Of a DNA stretch of 64,000 nucleotides, positions 51,732 through 64,000 are shown piece by piece. The notes beneath the pieces are model-generated. The model was not told the origin of the DNA, searched no databases, and saw only the letters and a program-made list of their open reading frames with translations. The translations under genes and the position numbers were made by a program. The stretch is from Eledone cirrhosa (lineage: Eukaryota). The stretch covers positions 258,168,001 through 258,232,000 of the forward strand of contig OZ024743.1 of the NCBI GenBank assembly GCA_964016885.1. The letters are read 5' to 3'. Every line of letters begins with the position of its first letter. The stretch's first letter is position 1.

Positions 51732-54095
51732 AAAGCGAAACCTATAGTCAGTAGGCACCTCTTAACCAAATATACACCCCTATCCACTAGCCCTACCCTA
51801 TCCTCCCACTCCCACTAACACCACCCTCTCTCTGTAAAGTTGGTACTACAAGATCCAGTCCAAATAAATGAGATAATGAGAATGAGATCGAGAATGTGTA
51901 GGTGTCACGACAAAAAAAAAAAAAAAAGCACAGTCCACGCTGTAATGTGGCCATGTAGGTAACACGGTAAAAAGTTCTCAGTTCCACACTGTAAATGTGG
52001 TTGGTGTTAGGAAGGACATCCAGCTGTAGAAAACCTGCCAGATAGTCCTATATGAGCGAGATACTGTCAGCCGACCAACGTTGCCTCAAGTGGGACAACT
52101 CCCGTCTAACCCATGCTAGCGTGGAAGATAGACGTTAAACAAAGATTCTAATGATGATGATGATATATATATATATATCGTGAGGATCAAAAACGTGAGG
52201 TGTTGAGGAGTGCTAGACATTGTGTCAAGGAAAACTGTGATATTGTCATGGAGAAGTGAATCCATAATGATAATATTGTACTTGCCCTCACTGATACTGA
52301 TAACAAGGTAGCTTGGAAGTGTCACTACGAGAGACTACTAAATGAGGAGAATAAATAGGAATAAGATAGTCTGCCCCAAATCGATCCAATAGACGGACCA
52401 GCGATGCAAGTTAAAGGTAGTATAATAAGTAAGACAATGAAAGATATGAAGACAGGCAAGGCAGCTGGGCCTTTTGGAGATTGTTGCTGAGATGTTGAAA
52501 GCATCTGGAATGGTGGGACATACTATGGTCACCCATATAGTTAACCAAGAAATACAGAATGGGGTCATACCAAATGACTGGCGTAGCAACATCATCATTA
52601 ACTTCTTGATGCTCTAGATAGGGGAAACTATAGAGGCATTAAGTTAGTTGATCAGTTCATGAAGGTCACAGAAAGAGTTATAGCGAACTAATTGGAGAGC
52701 GAATTGATCTAGATGAAATGCAGTTTGGCTTTGTGTCAGGTAAAAGTACCACAGATACTCTTTTCCTTGTATGACAACTACAGGAGAAGTACCTAGCTAA
52801 AAGTAAACCCCTATACTTAGCTTTTGTAGACCTGGAGAAAGCCTTTGACAAAGTCCCCCGCTCCATTATCTAGTGGGCTCTTAGAAAACTAGGTGTAGAT
52901 GAATGTCTTGTGAGAGCTATACAAGCCATGTATAAAGAAACAGTTAGCAAGGTTAGAATTAACAATGAATATAGTGAAGAATTTAGTGTAAAAGTTGGTG
53001 TTCATCAAGGCTCTCTCCTTAGCCCCCTCCTATTTATTATTGCCCTTCAGGCTATAACAGAGGAGTTTAAGACTAGCTTCCTATGGGAACTTCTATATGC
53101 AGATGATCTAACTCTCATAGCTGAATCTATGGCTGAACTTGAGAAGAAATTCCAAACATGGAAGCATGGCCTAGAATCAAAAGGCCTTAAAGTTAACTTG
53201 TCTAAGACTAAAGTTCTAGTATGTAGGAAGGAAAATAGGGCACAGGTTCCCTCTGGGAAATGGCCATGCTCAGTGTGTAGGAAAGGAGTAGGTAGAAATT
53301 CTATTTTATGTCCCAAATGCAAACTATGGGTACATAAAAGATATAGTAGGATCACAGGTAAGCTATCTAAGAACGAAGATTTTATATGTGTCCGATGCTC
53401 AGGTGCAATAAGAAGCTAGTGCCCAAAGGATACTAGCTCCTTCTATTGCACAGATGCTTCTATAGAAATAGTGGACACTTTCCGTTACCTGGGTGACAAA
53501 ATCAGTAGTGGTGGAAGGTGCTCTGAAAGTACAGTAGCCAGAGTCAGAACGGGATGGAAAAAGTTCAGAGAGCTTATACCACTATTGGCCGCTAAAGGTT
53601 TCTCTCTAAAAATGAAAGGCTGATTGTATGATACCTGTATACGAACAGGAATGTTACATGGCCGTGAGACATGGGCATTTTGTGCTGAGGACTTGCGCTG
53701 ACTGGAAAGGAACGAAGCTTGCATGCTCCGTTGGATGTGTAATAGTAATATACGTGAACGGCAAAACATAAACGAACTAAGGGAAAAATTAGAAATAAGA
53801 GGGATCAGATGTTGTTTACTCGAGAGAAGACTACGTTGGTATGGTCACGTGATGGGAATGAAAGACGACAGCTGTATAAAAAAGTGCAGGGCAATCAAAA
53901 TTGATGGGAGTTACGGACTGGGTAGACCCAGAAAAACCTGGGATGATTTGATAAATTCCAACCTTACACACTTGCACCTCTCTAAGACAATGTCACTGGA
54001 CCAAGATCTTTGGTGTCACGCAATAATACAGAAGACTCACCTTGCCTATGTACAAAGCGAGATCTACAGTCAGTAGGCACCTCTTAACCAAATAT
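51732..54095 (+). mobile_element. RTE LINE pieces: 3' tail (51732-52163) placed upstream of a decayed body (about 52178-54095)
   Basis: RT ORF 52910-53419 (LLYADD) and C-terminal ORF 53723-54076; tail ends in (GAT)n. Confidence 0.9.
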
Positions 54096-54140
54096 CAATT
54101 TCATATTAGAACTTGTTTTCATGTTCCAAACACCTACTTA

Positions 54141-54246
54141 ATAATTGTTTCTACTTTAGGCACAAGGCCAGCAATTACCCAGTGCATTACTGGTACTTTA
54201 TTTTATCGATCCCGTAAGGATGAAAGGCAAAGTCAACCTCGGCGGA
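54141..54246 (-). mobile_element. SINE family A, 3' half
   Basis: Matches the family A body. Confidence 0.8.
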
Positions 54247-54639
54247 ATAATGATGAGAAAGATACTTTGCTAAATCCCTTCAAATTCTTGATTTTTTTCA
54301 AAATCATTTGAAAACTATACACAATGTCTTTTATTAGAAATATGATAACAAATGGGTTAACCAAATATTGTCATGATATCCATATATTTCAATCTGGTCT
54401 GATTCAACAAATTATGCACCAGGGGAATTAACTGGTAAAGATTCTTTTCATAAAAGAGACTGAAAGTTTTATATATAATAATAGTGAAACTTTTGTATAG
54501 CAACAAGAACGAGAGAACTTCCAATTGTCAAGGTGCCAGTTCATCAGTTTCTATAGCTTATTCCACAACACACTAATTTGTTGGGAACAGGGGAATACTT
54601 ACTCACATATTACACAAAAGTGTAACATTGGCCAGTGCA

Positions 54640-54643
54640 ATAA

Positions 54644-54711
<68 letters not shown>

Positions 54712-54820
54712 ACAACAGCAATAATAGTTATAATGATAAAAATAATATCAATAAAAACAACAGCAATAACAACAATAATAATGATAATAATGATAATAAT
54801 AATAATAATAACAATGGCAA
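54640..54820. repeat. (TAG)n then (AAT/AAC)n trinucleotide repeats
   Basis: Direct observation. Confidence 0.95.
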
Positions 54821-55452
54821 CAAAAATATTTGTAACCAAATGATTACATCACTTTTCTCAAAGGATTGCCGTCATGTTTGCACCATTGGTATTTTAATGA
54901 AGCCAATAAACTTGTGTCTCTTAGTGCTAACCAAATGTTTTCTTTCATTTGTCCATTTTCTTTGCCTTTCACCTAAATATTTTTTCCCAATTCAATAACA
55001 AGATAGATATATGAATGTGGATAAAAGAAGGAAAAAATATTTGGAGAAAAGTCAAGAATTGTATAAAAAGAATACTGAAAGTCCACATAGAAATTATTTC
55101 ATTATACAAAGTCAATTACTAGTTTAAGAATCGTATTTATTATAAGGATGTTAATGTGTTGACATGTATCTATTTAACCTAAAGAAAAAACATTTTCCTT
55201 TTCTATTACATAGACTATGTAAATCAAATCTTGCACTGACTCTAACTACAACCATCTCACTAAAATAATGTATACACGCGTCCTCAACTGATTGTAAGTT
55301 CAACCAGTCATGGAAGAGAAAATTTGTGAATAAGAGTGAGAGATGTAAATTATGAAAGATCACATTGAAAAATGTGGGCTTATCCACATATATATACAAA
55401 AATATCAAATAATACATATATATATATATTAGCTTGTCTTTTTGTGTGTGTG

Positions 55453-55539
<87 letters not shown>

Positions 55540-55588
55540 TTATTACGTTATCCATGTGCAACCTGCAGTATTCTTCTCCCCATTTTTT

Positions 55589-55632
<44 letters not shown>

Positions 55633-55634
<2 letters not shown>

Positions 55635-58102
55635 CATCATCATCATCGTTTAACGTCCATCTTCCACGCTTGCATGGGTTTGGACGAGAATTTTCCCACT
55701 TGAGGCAGAATTGGTTGTCTTGCTCGTGTAGGAGTGTCTGGTGGGTTTTCTACGGCTGGATGCCCTTCCTAACACCAACCACGTTTACAGTGTGGACTGG
55801 GAGGTTTTTACCGTGTTGCCTACACGGCCACATTACAGCGTTGACTGTGTGTTTTTTTGTCGTGACACCTACACGACCTCATTTGTTTCGGACTGGATGT
55901 TGTAGTACCAACATAACTTTACATCAAAAGGGGTGGTGTGGATGGGGTGGTGGTGGTGGGACAGGGTGTATTTTTGTTAAGAGGTGCCTACTGACTGTAG
56001 GTTTCGCTTTGTACTTAGGCAAGGAAGGTCTTCTGTATTACTGTGTAGCGCCAAAGATCTTGGTCCAGTGGCATTGTCTTGAGAAGGTGTAAGTGTGTGA
56101 GGTCGGAATTTATCAAGTCGTCCCAGGTTTTTCTGGGTCTGCCTACTCTGTGGCTACCGTCTATTTTTATCGCCCTGCACTTTTTTATATACTTTTTTAT
56201 GTGTCTTTCATGCGCATCACATGACCATACCAACGTAGTCTTCTCTCGAGTAAACAACATCTGATCCCTATTATTCCTAATTTCTCCCTTAGTTCATTCT
56301 GCCTTGCCGTTCACGTATATTACTATTACACATCCAACGGAGCATGCAAGCTTCGGTCCTCTCCAGTCTGCATATATCCTCTGCACACAATGCCCAAGTC
56401 TCACTGCCATGTAACATTGCTGTTCGTATGCAGGCATCATACAGCCTGCCTTTCATTTTTAGAGAGAAACCTTTAGCGGCCAATAGTGGTATAAGCTCTC
56501 TGAACTTTTTCCATCCCGTTCTGAGTCTAGCTACTGTAATTTCAGAGCACCCTCCACCACTGCTGATTTTGTCACCCAGGTAATGGAAGGTGTCCACTAT
56601 TTCTATAGAAGCATCTGTGCAATGGAATCAGCTAGTATTCTGTGGGCACTTGCTGGTACTTATTGCACCTGAGCACCGGCCACATATAAAATCTATAATC
56701 TTAGTTAGCTTACCTGTGATCCCACTACATCTTTTATGCACCCATACTTTGCATTTGGGACATAAAATGGAGTTTCTGCCTACTCCTTTCCTACACACGG
56801 AGCATGGCCATTTCCCAGATGGGACCAGTGCCCTATTTTCCTTCCTACAAACTAGAACTTTAGTCTTAGACAGGTTAATTTTAAGGCCTTTTGATTCTAG
56901 GCCATGCTTCCATGTTTGGAATTTCTTCTCTAGTTCAGCCATTGATTCAGCTATGAGCGTTAGATCATCTGTGTATAGGAGTTCCCATGGACAGCCAGTC
57001 TTGAACTCCTCTGTTATAGCCTGAAGGGCAATAATAAATAGGAGGGGGCTAAGAATGGAGCCCTGATGAACACCAACTTTTACACTAAACTCTTCACTAT
57101 ATTCGTTGTTAATAGCTAACCTTGCTGACTGTTTCTTTATACATGTATAGCCCTCACAAGCCATTCATCGACACTAGTATTCTGAGAGCCTACCAGATAA
57201 TGGTGCGTGGGACTCTGTCAAAAGCTTTCTCCAAGTCAACAAAAGCTAAGTATAGGGTTTTCCTTTAGCTAGGTACTTCTCCTGTAGTTGTCGTACAATG
57301 AAAAGAGTTTCTGTGGTACTTTTACCTGACACAAACCCGAACTGCATTTCATCTAGATCAATTCTCTCTCTGATTAGTTGCGCTATTACTTTTTCTGTGA
57401 TCTTCATGACCTGATCAATTAATTGAATGCCTCTATAATTTCCCCTATCTAGTGCATCACCTTTACCCTTGTAGCAGTTAATGATGATGCTGCTACGCCA
57501 GTCCTTCGGAACGACCCCATTCTGTATGACTTGGTTTACTATCCGGGGTCCATAGTGTGTCCCACCGTTCCAGATGCTTTCAGTATTTCAGCAACTATTT
57601 CCGAAGGCCCAGCCGCCTTGCCTGTCTTCATATCTTTGATCGTCTTACTTATTATACTACCTTCTACTTGCACACCTGGTTCCTCTATTGGATCGATGTG
57701 GGGCAGACTGTCTTTCTCCCATTTATTCTCCTCATTTAGTAGCCTTTCGTAGAGACACTTCCAAGCTACCTTCTTATCAGCGTCAGTGATAGCAAGTATA
57801 CCATCATCATTAAGTACACACTTCTCCCCGACAATATCACGGTTTTCCTTGACACATTGCCTACCAATACTGAACACCACACGCTTTTGGTCCTCGCATT
57901 GTAGAACATGCTTGAACTTTCTTCCCTATGCTTCCCTTCTTGCGAAGTACACTTATCTCCTAGCTTCCCTCCTGGCCACTTGATAGTCTTCTCTACTTCC
58001 CCCATCCCGCCATACTTTCCAAGCCTGCTTTTTGGCCTTGATTGACTCCTCCACCTTACTGTTCCACCACCAAGTTACTCTCCTCCTGCCTATAGGCCTG
58101 CT

Positions 58103-58105
<3 letters not shown>
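55633..58105 (-). mobile_element. RTE LINE, 5'-truncated, same family as 13630-16972
   Basis: QGSILSP, LLYTDD, intact PHD-like finger, FHYLG, GRPRKTW and (GAT)n tail. Confidence 0.93.
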
Positions 58106-58147
<42 letters not shown>

Positions 58148-58430
58148 ATATATATAAATATATATATATATTAATTAATATATATATATATATATATATT
58201 AATTTATATATATATATATATATATAGTATTAAGGATACTATTTATGGTTATGTATATACTAAAACTGTTTATAGTTATATATATTTTAAACCCTAAACA
58301 GTGAAAGACAGTAATTTATTACTACCTTATTACCAGTAAGATAAATAGCTCAATGTAATAACATCAGTTGTTCTACAGAGCAGTTATATAGAAATCACAT
58401 GAATCAAAGTTCTGTTCAAACCATTCATTA

Positions 58431-58475
58431 GCTTACAATTGTTTCGTCCAAACCGAGGTTTGGGATCTTCGGAGC
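58431..58475 (-). ncRNA. Hammerhead, C4 variant
   Basis: gct-CCGAAGA-tcccaaacctcggtttggac-GAAA-caattg-TA-agc. Confidence 0.65.
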
Positions 58476-60857
58476 AATTTTTCAATGATTGTTTACATAC
58501 ATGACCTCCTTTCCAACACATGTATATATCGATGCACAGTGACATCCATTATAATATTTTTGCATGGCAATTTAAATTCAAAAATTAAAATCATATTAAA
58601 ACATATTAAAACAAAATTAAAGTTAATATACAACATCGGCATTTTACGAAGATAATGCAAGAGGATAGTTTGTTAGTCAGTTGAAGTAGTTAGTGCATGC
58701 AATAGTTACACGTGGGGCATGCACGTGTTTCTTATTTATATATGATTATTGTGCAGCAAGGTGTGATATGCAATACAAGCACTTTAAGCGGGTAATCAAG
58801 AGTATTACGGGGGTTGTAGTGGTAAAGTATTTTTTGTGTATGATAAAGAAGTTTGTGTGCAGAGAAATATTATAAATGAGAAGCAAAATAATGTTATGGT
58901 TTTTGTATACACTACCATTTTCACAATCCAGGAAACGCAATATATAGTTTATATGTCCTTCACATAATTAACGATGATTCAGTATTGGATGTTTGATGTA
59001 TTAAGTTAAATTATTACAGCTTGTTGCGGCTCAGTGTTCTTTAATCCAATTTTATAGAGCAGGTTGTTTTTGTTGAGAGAATTTACATCATTTTATTTTC
59101 CGGAAGTATGTGTGTGATTAAGGGGAGTTAATGCGTGAGGGGATGTAACTAGCTGATTTCTATAACTAAATTTATTATTCCAATGTACATTAAAAGGTGT
59201 CTCAATTGAGTCCCTTATATATATGGTTATATACAGTTTCCAAATTTAAGTATCCTATCTTTAAATTACAGTCTACTCTATCAATAAGTAGTAAAGGTAT
59301 CTATATTAGGATGATTACTCCTTATCATAGAGTGCTACAACTGAATATTCCATACGAAGAGTCAGATCTCCATATCAATGTTCTTTGTAAATGTAGTCCA
59401 CTCACAGAACCTGACAGGGTCTTATTAGAACCATGTCTATATATAACCCCTGGTAAGCTCTGGGTCAGCGTATGGCTGATTGCATGGCAAAGTTAAATAT
59501 CTCTAGGGTAGACCAAAGAGCAGTTCTCACTTACAATGTCATTAACCTGTCTATCAAGTTATACATGTATGTATAACTCATATACCACTTACATAATTCA
59601 TTGTACTCAACATATAGGTTATATAGCTCTTTTATGTTAATAAATTAATCTTCTATTTATCTAATGATAGCACTCCATACATACAACAACATTTGCACAA
59701 ATAATTCAGTGTTTAAAGTTTACATATAATTATATAGTGATATAATGTAGTCTAAGTAATTGAAGGTAATTATACTAAAAGTAGGTGTACATGGGGATAT
59801 TTCTAGGGTAAAAGGTTTTAGATAGATGTCACGAATTGTGTTAAGATAGGGTGGATCATTGAGTGTGGAGTTGCGGTGTAAGGTGTGCCCTTGAGGTGTG
59901 TTGCTAGAAGTGGTGATGGGTTCAAGTCTGACATTGCTATATATTGGGTTTAAAGTTTTGGAAGGAGTGTCGGAAGCGGTGCTGGCATGACGCGAACACT
60001 TCTGATTTTTTATTAAGGAGGTTATGGTTTGAGAAGATAATAGTATGGGTCTCTAGTAGACAGGGGTTACAAAATTTATTAGGTGGTTTGTACGATGTCG
60101 CCTTACATATCACTTCCCATTTAAGTGTATAAGATCTATTTTTAGTTTTTAGATAGTGTATGTAGCTAGATAGTGAAGTGGAGTTGGCTAGACTGTGTTT
60201 TTTGAAAGAATGGAGGTGCGAAGTGTATCTGGTCTTGAAGCAGTTTGAAGTAGAGCCTATATAGGTTTCAGAAGAGTTGCTAGTTGTGACGGTTCATGAG
60301 TATATGATATCCTTGATTAAGCATTTTTTATCTAAAGGGCAGGTTCTATTAGATCTACAGTTACAATTATTTTGGAAGTTAGCCTGCCGGTTATAATGTT
60401 GTGTAGAAGTCTGGATGGTAGCTGTAGGATTATGGTTATGGGGGTTGTCGTTCCCAGCGTTATTGCTTACACTAGTGCTATTACTATTATTACTATTGTT
60501 ATCAGGGTTAGTTGATATAATGTTATTTTGAAGGTTGACACCCTGTTGTGATTTAGTTTGTTGGAAGTAAGAATTAATTTTTCTTTTATTGCTACTAGCT
60601 ATGTGGTATGCTATGTTAGGCATGGTAGAGTAGGAGATTTTAATTGTGTTTAAAAGGCTATGGTACTTGTGGCCAGATGGGAAGTTTTTATCTAGGAGTG
60701 AGAAGAAAGCCTTAGGTAGGTTGGTAGAGACGTTTAGATTGAAAGGAGGGTTGAAAAATGTATTATTTCTTCTTCTATTTTTGTTGTATTATAATGTATT
60801 ATTTCTTCTTCTATTTTTGGAAAGGAGGTCATGTATGTAAACAATCATTGAAAAATT

Positions 60858-60902
60858 GCTCCGAAGACTCCAAACATCGGTTTGGACGAAACAATTGTAA
60901 GC
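60858..60902 (+). ncRNA. Hammerhead, C4 variant, in the inverted pLTR
   Basis: gct-CCGAAGA-ctccaaacatcggtttggac-GAAA-caattg-TA-agc. Confidence 0.65.
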
Positions 60903-60958
60903 TAATTAGCTTACAATTAATTATAATTAATGGTTTGAACAGAACTTTGATTCATGTG

Positions 60959-61019
<61 letters not shown>

Positions 61020-61154
61020 GATAAATCTACCAAGAGTTTACGGTAGTGTCCAATCCGTATGAAGAACTCAATGTAATCCGGATATCATGGAAAGAAGAGA
61101 TGCAATGAAAAATCACTTTCGGTGAAAGATAAACGGAATACAGAGTCAAGATAG

Positions 61155-61842
<688 letters not shown>

Positions 61843-62156
61843 CATGGCTTAGTGGTTCTAACATTGGCCTTGCAATCGAAAGGTTGTGAGTTCAATTCTC
61901 AGACTGGGTAATGTCTTGTTTCCTTGAGCTAGACATTTTATTTCACATTCCTCCAGTTTACTCAGCTGTAGAAATGAGATGATAGGGACAGGGGTCCATA
62001 TCATACCACTGCAAAGTGGTCGTGGAGATGCCACAGCAAAAAAGCACCACCACTCACTGTAAATGAGGTTGGTGTTAGGAAGGGCATCCAGCTGTAGAAA
62101 TCAAGCCAGAATCAGTTCTCGTCCCACCCTTGCAAGCAGGGAAAAGAGGACACAAA

Positions 62157-62188
<32 letters not shown>
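61843..62188 (+). mobile_element. SINE family B
   Basis: TGGCTTAGTGG, GAGTTCAATTC, RTE tail and (GAT)n. Confidence 0.87.
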
Positions 62189-62478
62189 ATATATACATAT
62201 ATATATATGTATATATATATATATACACACACACACACATATATATATATGTGTGTAATATAATTCAAGAGAGATAAACACAGCAGATATATACACATCT
62301 GTGTTCAGATTGTAAGGGACCAGATTTGTTAGGGTGAATAGTATATTAACTGCCAGACTCAATTAATAGAAAGAATTAAGAAAAAAATAAACCGATATAT
62401 ATGTATATATATATATATACAAGCAAATTATAAACGTAAACATGTAAGTATGTTTTTGAAACGGTGCGCGAGTTTGAA

Positions 62479-62664
62479 ATTAGAAATTAGAAATTATAAG
62501 CTTTCACCGTATTTTAGACTAAAGAAATTTCTAGCCTGATAGTGGGGTTTATAACCCTCGGAGAAATGGAAAAAGATGAGTGTTGCCGTACATGTACGGC
62601 AACACTCATCTAGAAATTTCTTTAGTCTAAAATACGGTGAAAGCTTATAATTTCTAATTTCTAA
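62479..62664. repeat. Nested inverted repeat
   Basis: About 55-bp arms at 62479-62534 and 62610-62664; perfect 38-bp palindrome at 62574-62611. Confidence 0.85.
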
Positions 62665-63469
62665 TATATATATATGTATATATATAAATAATTATATATA
62701 TATGTATATATATGCATGTATCATCATCATCATAATTTATCATCCCTTTTCCTAATAGCAAGGGTTGGATGGATTTACATCGACCAAGCCAGTATTGAAG
62801 CAGGATTACTGCCCTCCCATACAGGGTGGCAAATCTGCATCTCACTTATGTACAGTTTTACATTCTATTGAGAGCCAAGAGGAGGGTATCATGATTTTGA
62901 CACAACTGAACAGTCCTTCCAATCCTTTGTTTGGCAAGCATTCTATGGCTGGATGCCCTTCCTATCACCAACAACTTTACAGTATGCACTGTGGATGTTT
63001 ATCAAGTAGATCACCAACACTGAAGGTTGTCTGTGACATGACTGAAGGGTTCTCTCAATCCTTTTTTTAGACGTGGTTTTTACAGAAGGGTGCCCTTTTT
63101 GTCACCAAGCACCTTATAGAGTGCATCAGGTTGTTTTTTTTTGTTTTTTTTTGTCCCAATGGACAAGCCCTTTCTCCTCTGTGAAGGTGGAGGCAATAAA
63201 AGAGAGATAAGTTTGAAGTTATGACAAATATGGTTGAATTTGATAGCATGATGAGTGGGAAGGGGATGTGTTGATGAGAATATTGGAGTGGTGGGAGTGT
63301 AGACTGGTGGATGGTTTGGTCATTAGTGCTGAGTTGGGGGGGGGGGGGGCACTCACCAGGGCTGTGAAAGTGGAACATGTAGTGTCAGAGAGAATAGCTA
63401 TCAAAGGTTTCATGGCCCAGTATTGGCCATATCTCCAGATTGTAAGAGGAATCAAAATTGTGACATAAT

Positions 63470-63605
63470 CTTTGTGTGTGTGTGTCTATTCATTTATGGA
63501 AGCACAAAAGTTGTAATGGGATTGCAGGCAGGCTAACGGAAAAGATAGACTTTGTATGTGGCAGATGCACAGGAGAAGTAAGCACTATGAGCACATGTCA
63601 AATCG
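63470..63605 (+). pseudogene. RTE PHD-like finger relic
   Basis: LWKHKSCNGIAGRLTEKIDFVCGRC resembles WVHKRCSGITGKL..FICGRC. Confidence 0.65.
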
Positions 63606-64000
63606 ATTCATCATCATCATCATCATCATTTTATGTCCGCTTTTCCCTGCTTGCAAGGGTTGGTCAGGTCCTATTCAGCACAGCATCTCTCCACTTGTCA
63701 CGGTCCTTCGTCATGTATATAGTGACAATTTTCATAAATCCTTTGTACATCAAAATATATTTGCAAAATGATAAGAATGTTTTGGTGGTGGGGGGACGGG
63801 GGGGGGGGGGTTATACTTTAATAATCAAATGTTTTACAATGTGTAGTTTGTTTTGTACACAATTGTACATGTAAAACATTTGATCATTAAAGAATAACAA
63901 CCACCAGAAAAATCATACTTATCATTTTTCAAATATATATGTATATATGCAAACTCAGCATATTCTGTAATGTGATTGGTATTCATAAGGACACATAGCT

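Larger units (their letters stand above)
58392..60962 (-). mobile_element. 5'-truncated Penelope-like element (GIY-YIG part only) with inverted pLTRs
   Basis: FFNPP, CNC..CPL, IIY..YIG..FKTRY..H read on minus 60760-59937. Inverted repeats at 58392-58516 and 60817-60962. Confidence 0.9.

Noticed and set aside
54525-54998. Poly-Ser/Asn ORF
   Set aside because: Trinucleotide microsatellite translation with no domain context.
59550-59585. Minus-strand ATGA-stem-TGA hairpin as a SECIS for the TGA at 60294
   Set aside because: The stem is too short and lacks the apical AA motif.

Overview
AT-rich, repeat-saturated eukaryotic DNA, probably from an octopod cephalopod (inferred from the tRNA-derived SINEs, the RTE/CR1/Penelope content and very dense (TA)n tracts). 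I find no supportable host gene; most short ORFs are microsatellite or antisense artefacts. The window is a nest of transposons: an R4/Dong-type LINE lacking its RT catalytic core, several RTE and CR1 copies, a hAT transposon with TIRs and an 8-bp TSD, a non-autonomous Helitron, two SINE families and at least five coding Penelope-like elements (PLEs), one nearly intact. The most striking hidden layer is about 14 type I hammerhead ribozyme (HHR) motifs of different designs. They include a U3-A8 core variant, a C4 variant, U10.1/U11.1 variants and forms with greatly expanded stem II. Several sit in ORF-less foldback palindromes made of two back-to-back hammerheads whose symmetry axis lies at the 5' edge of the ribozyme. 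All structures and boundaries were read by eye; nothing was folded or searched computationally.
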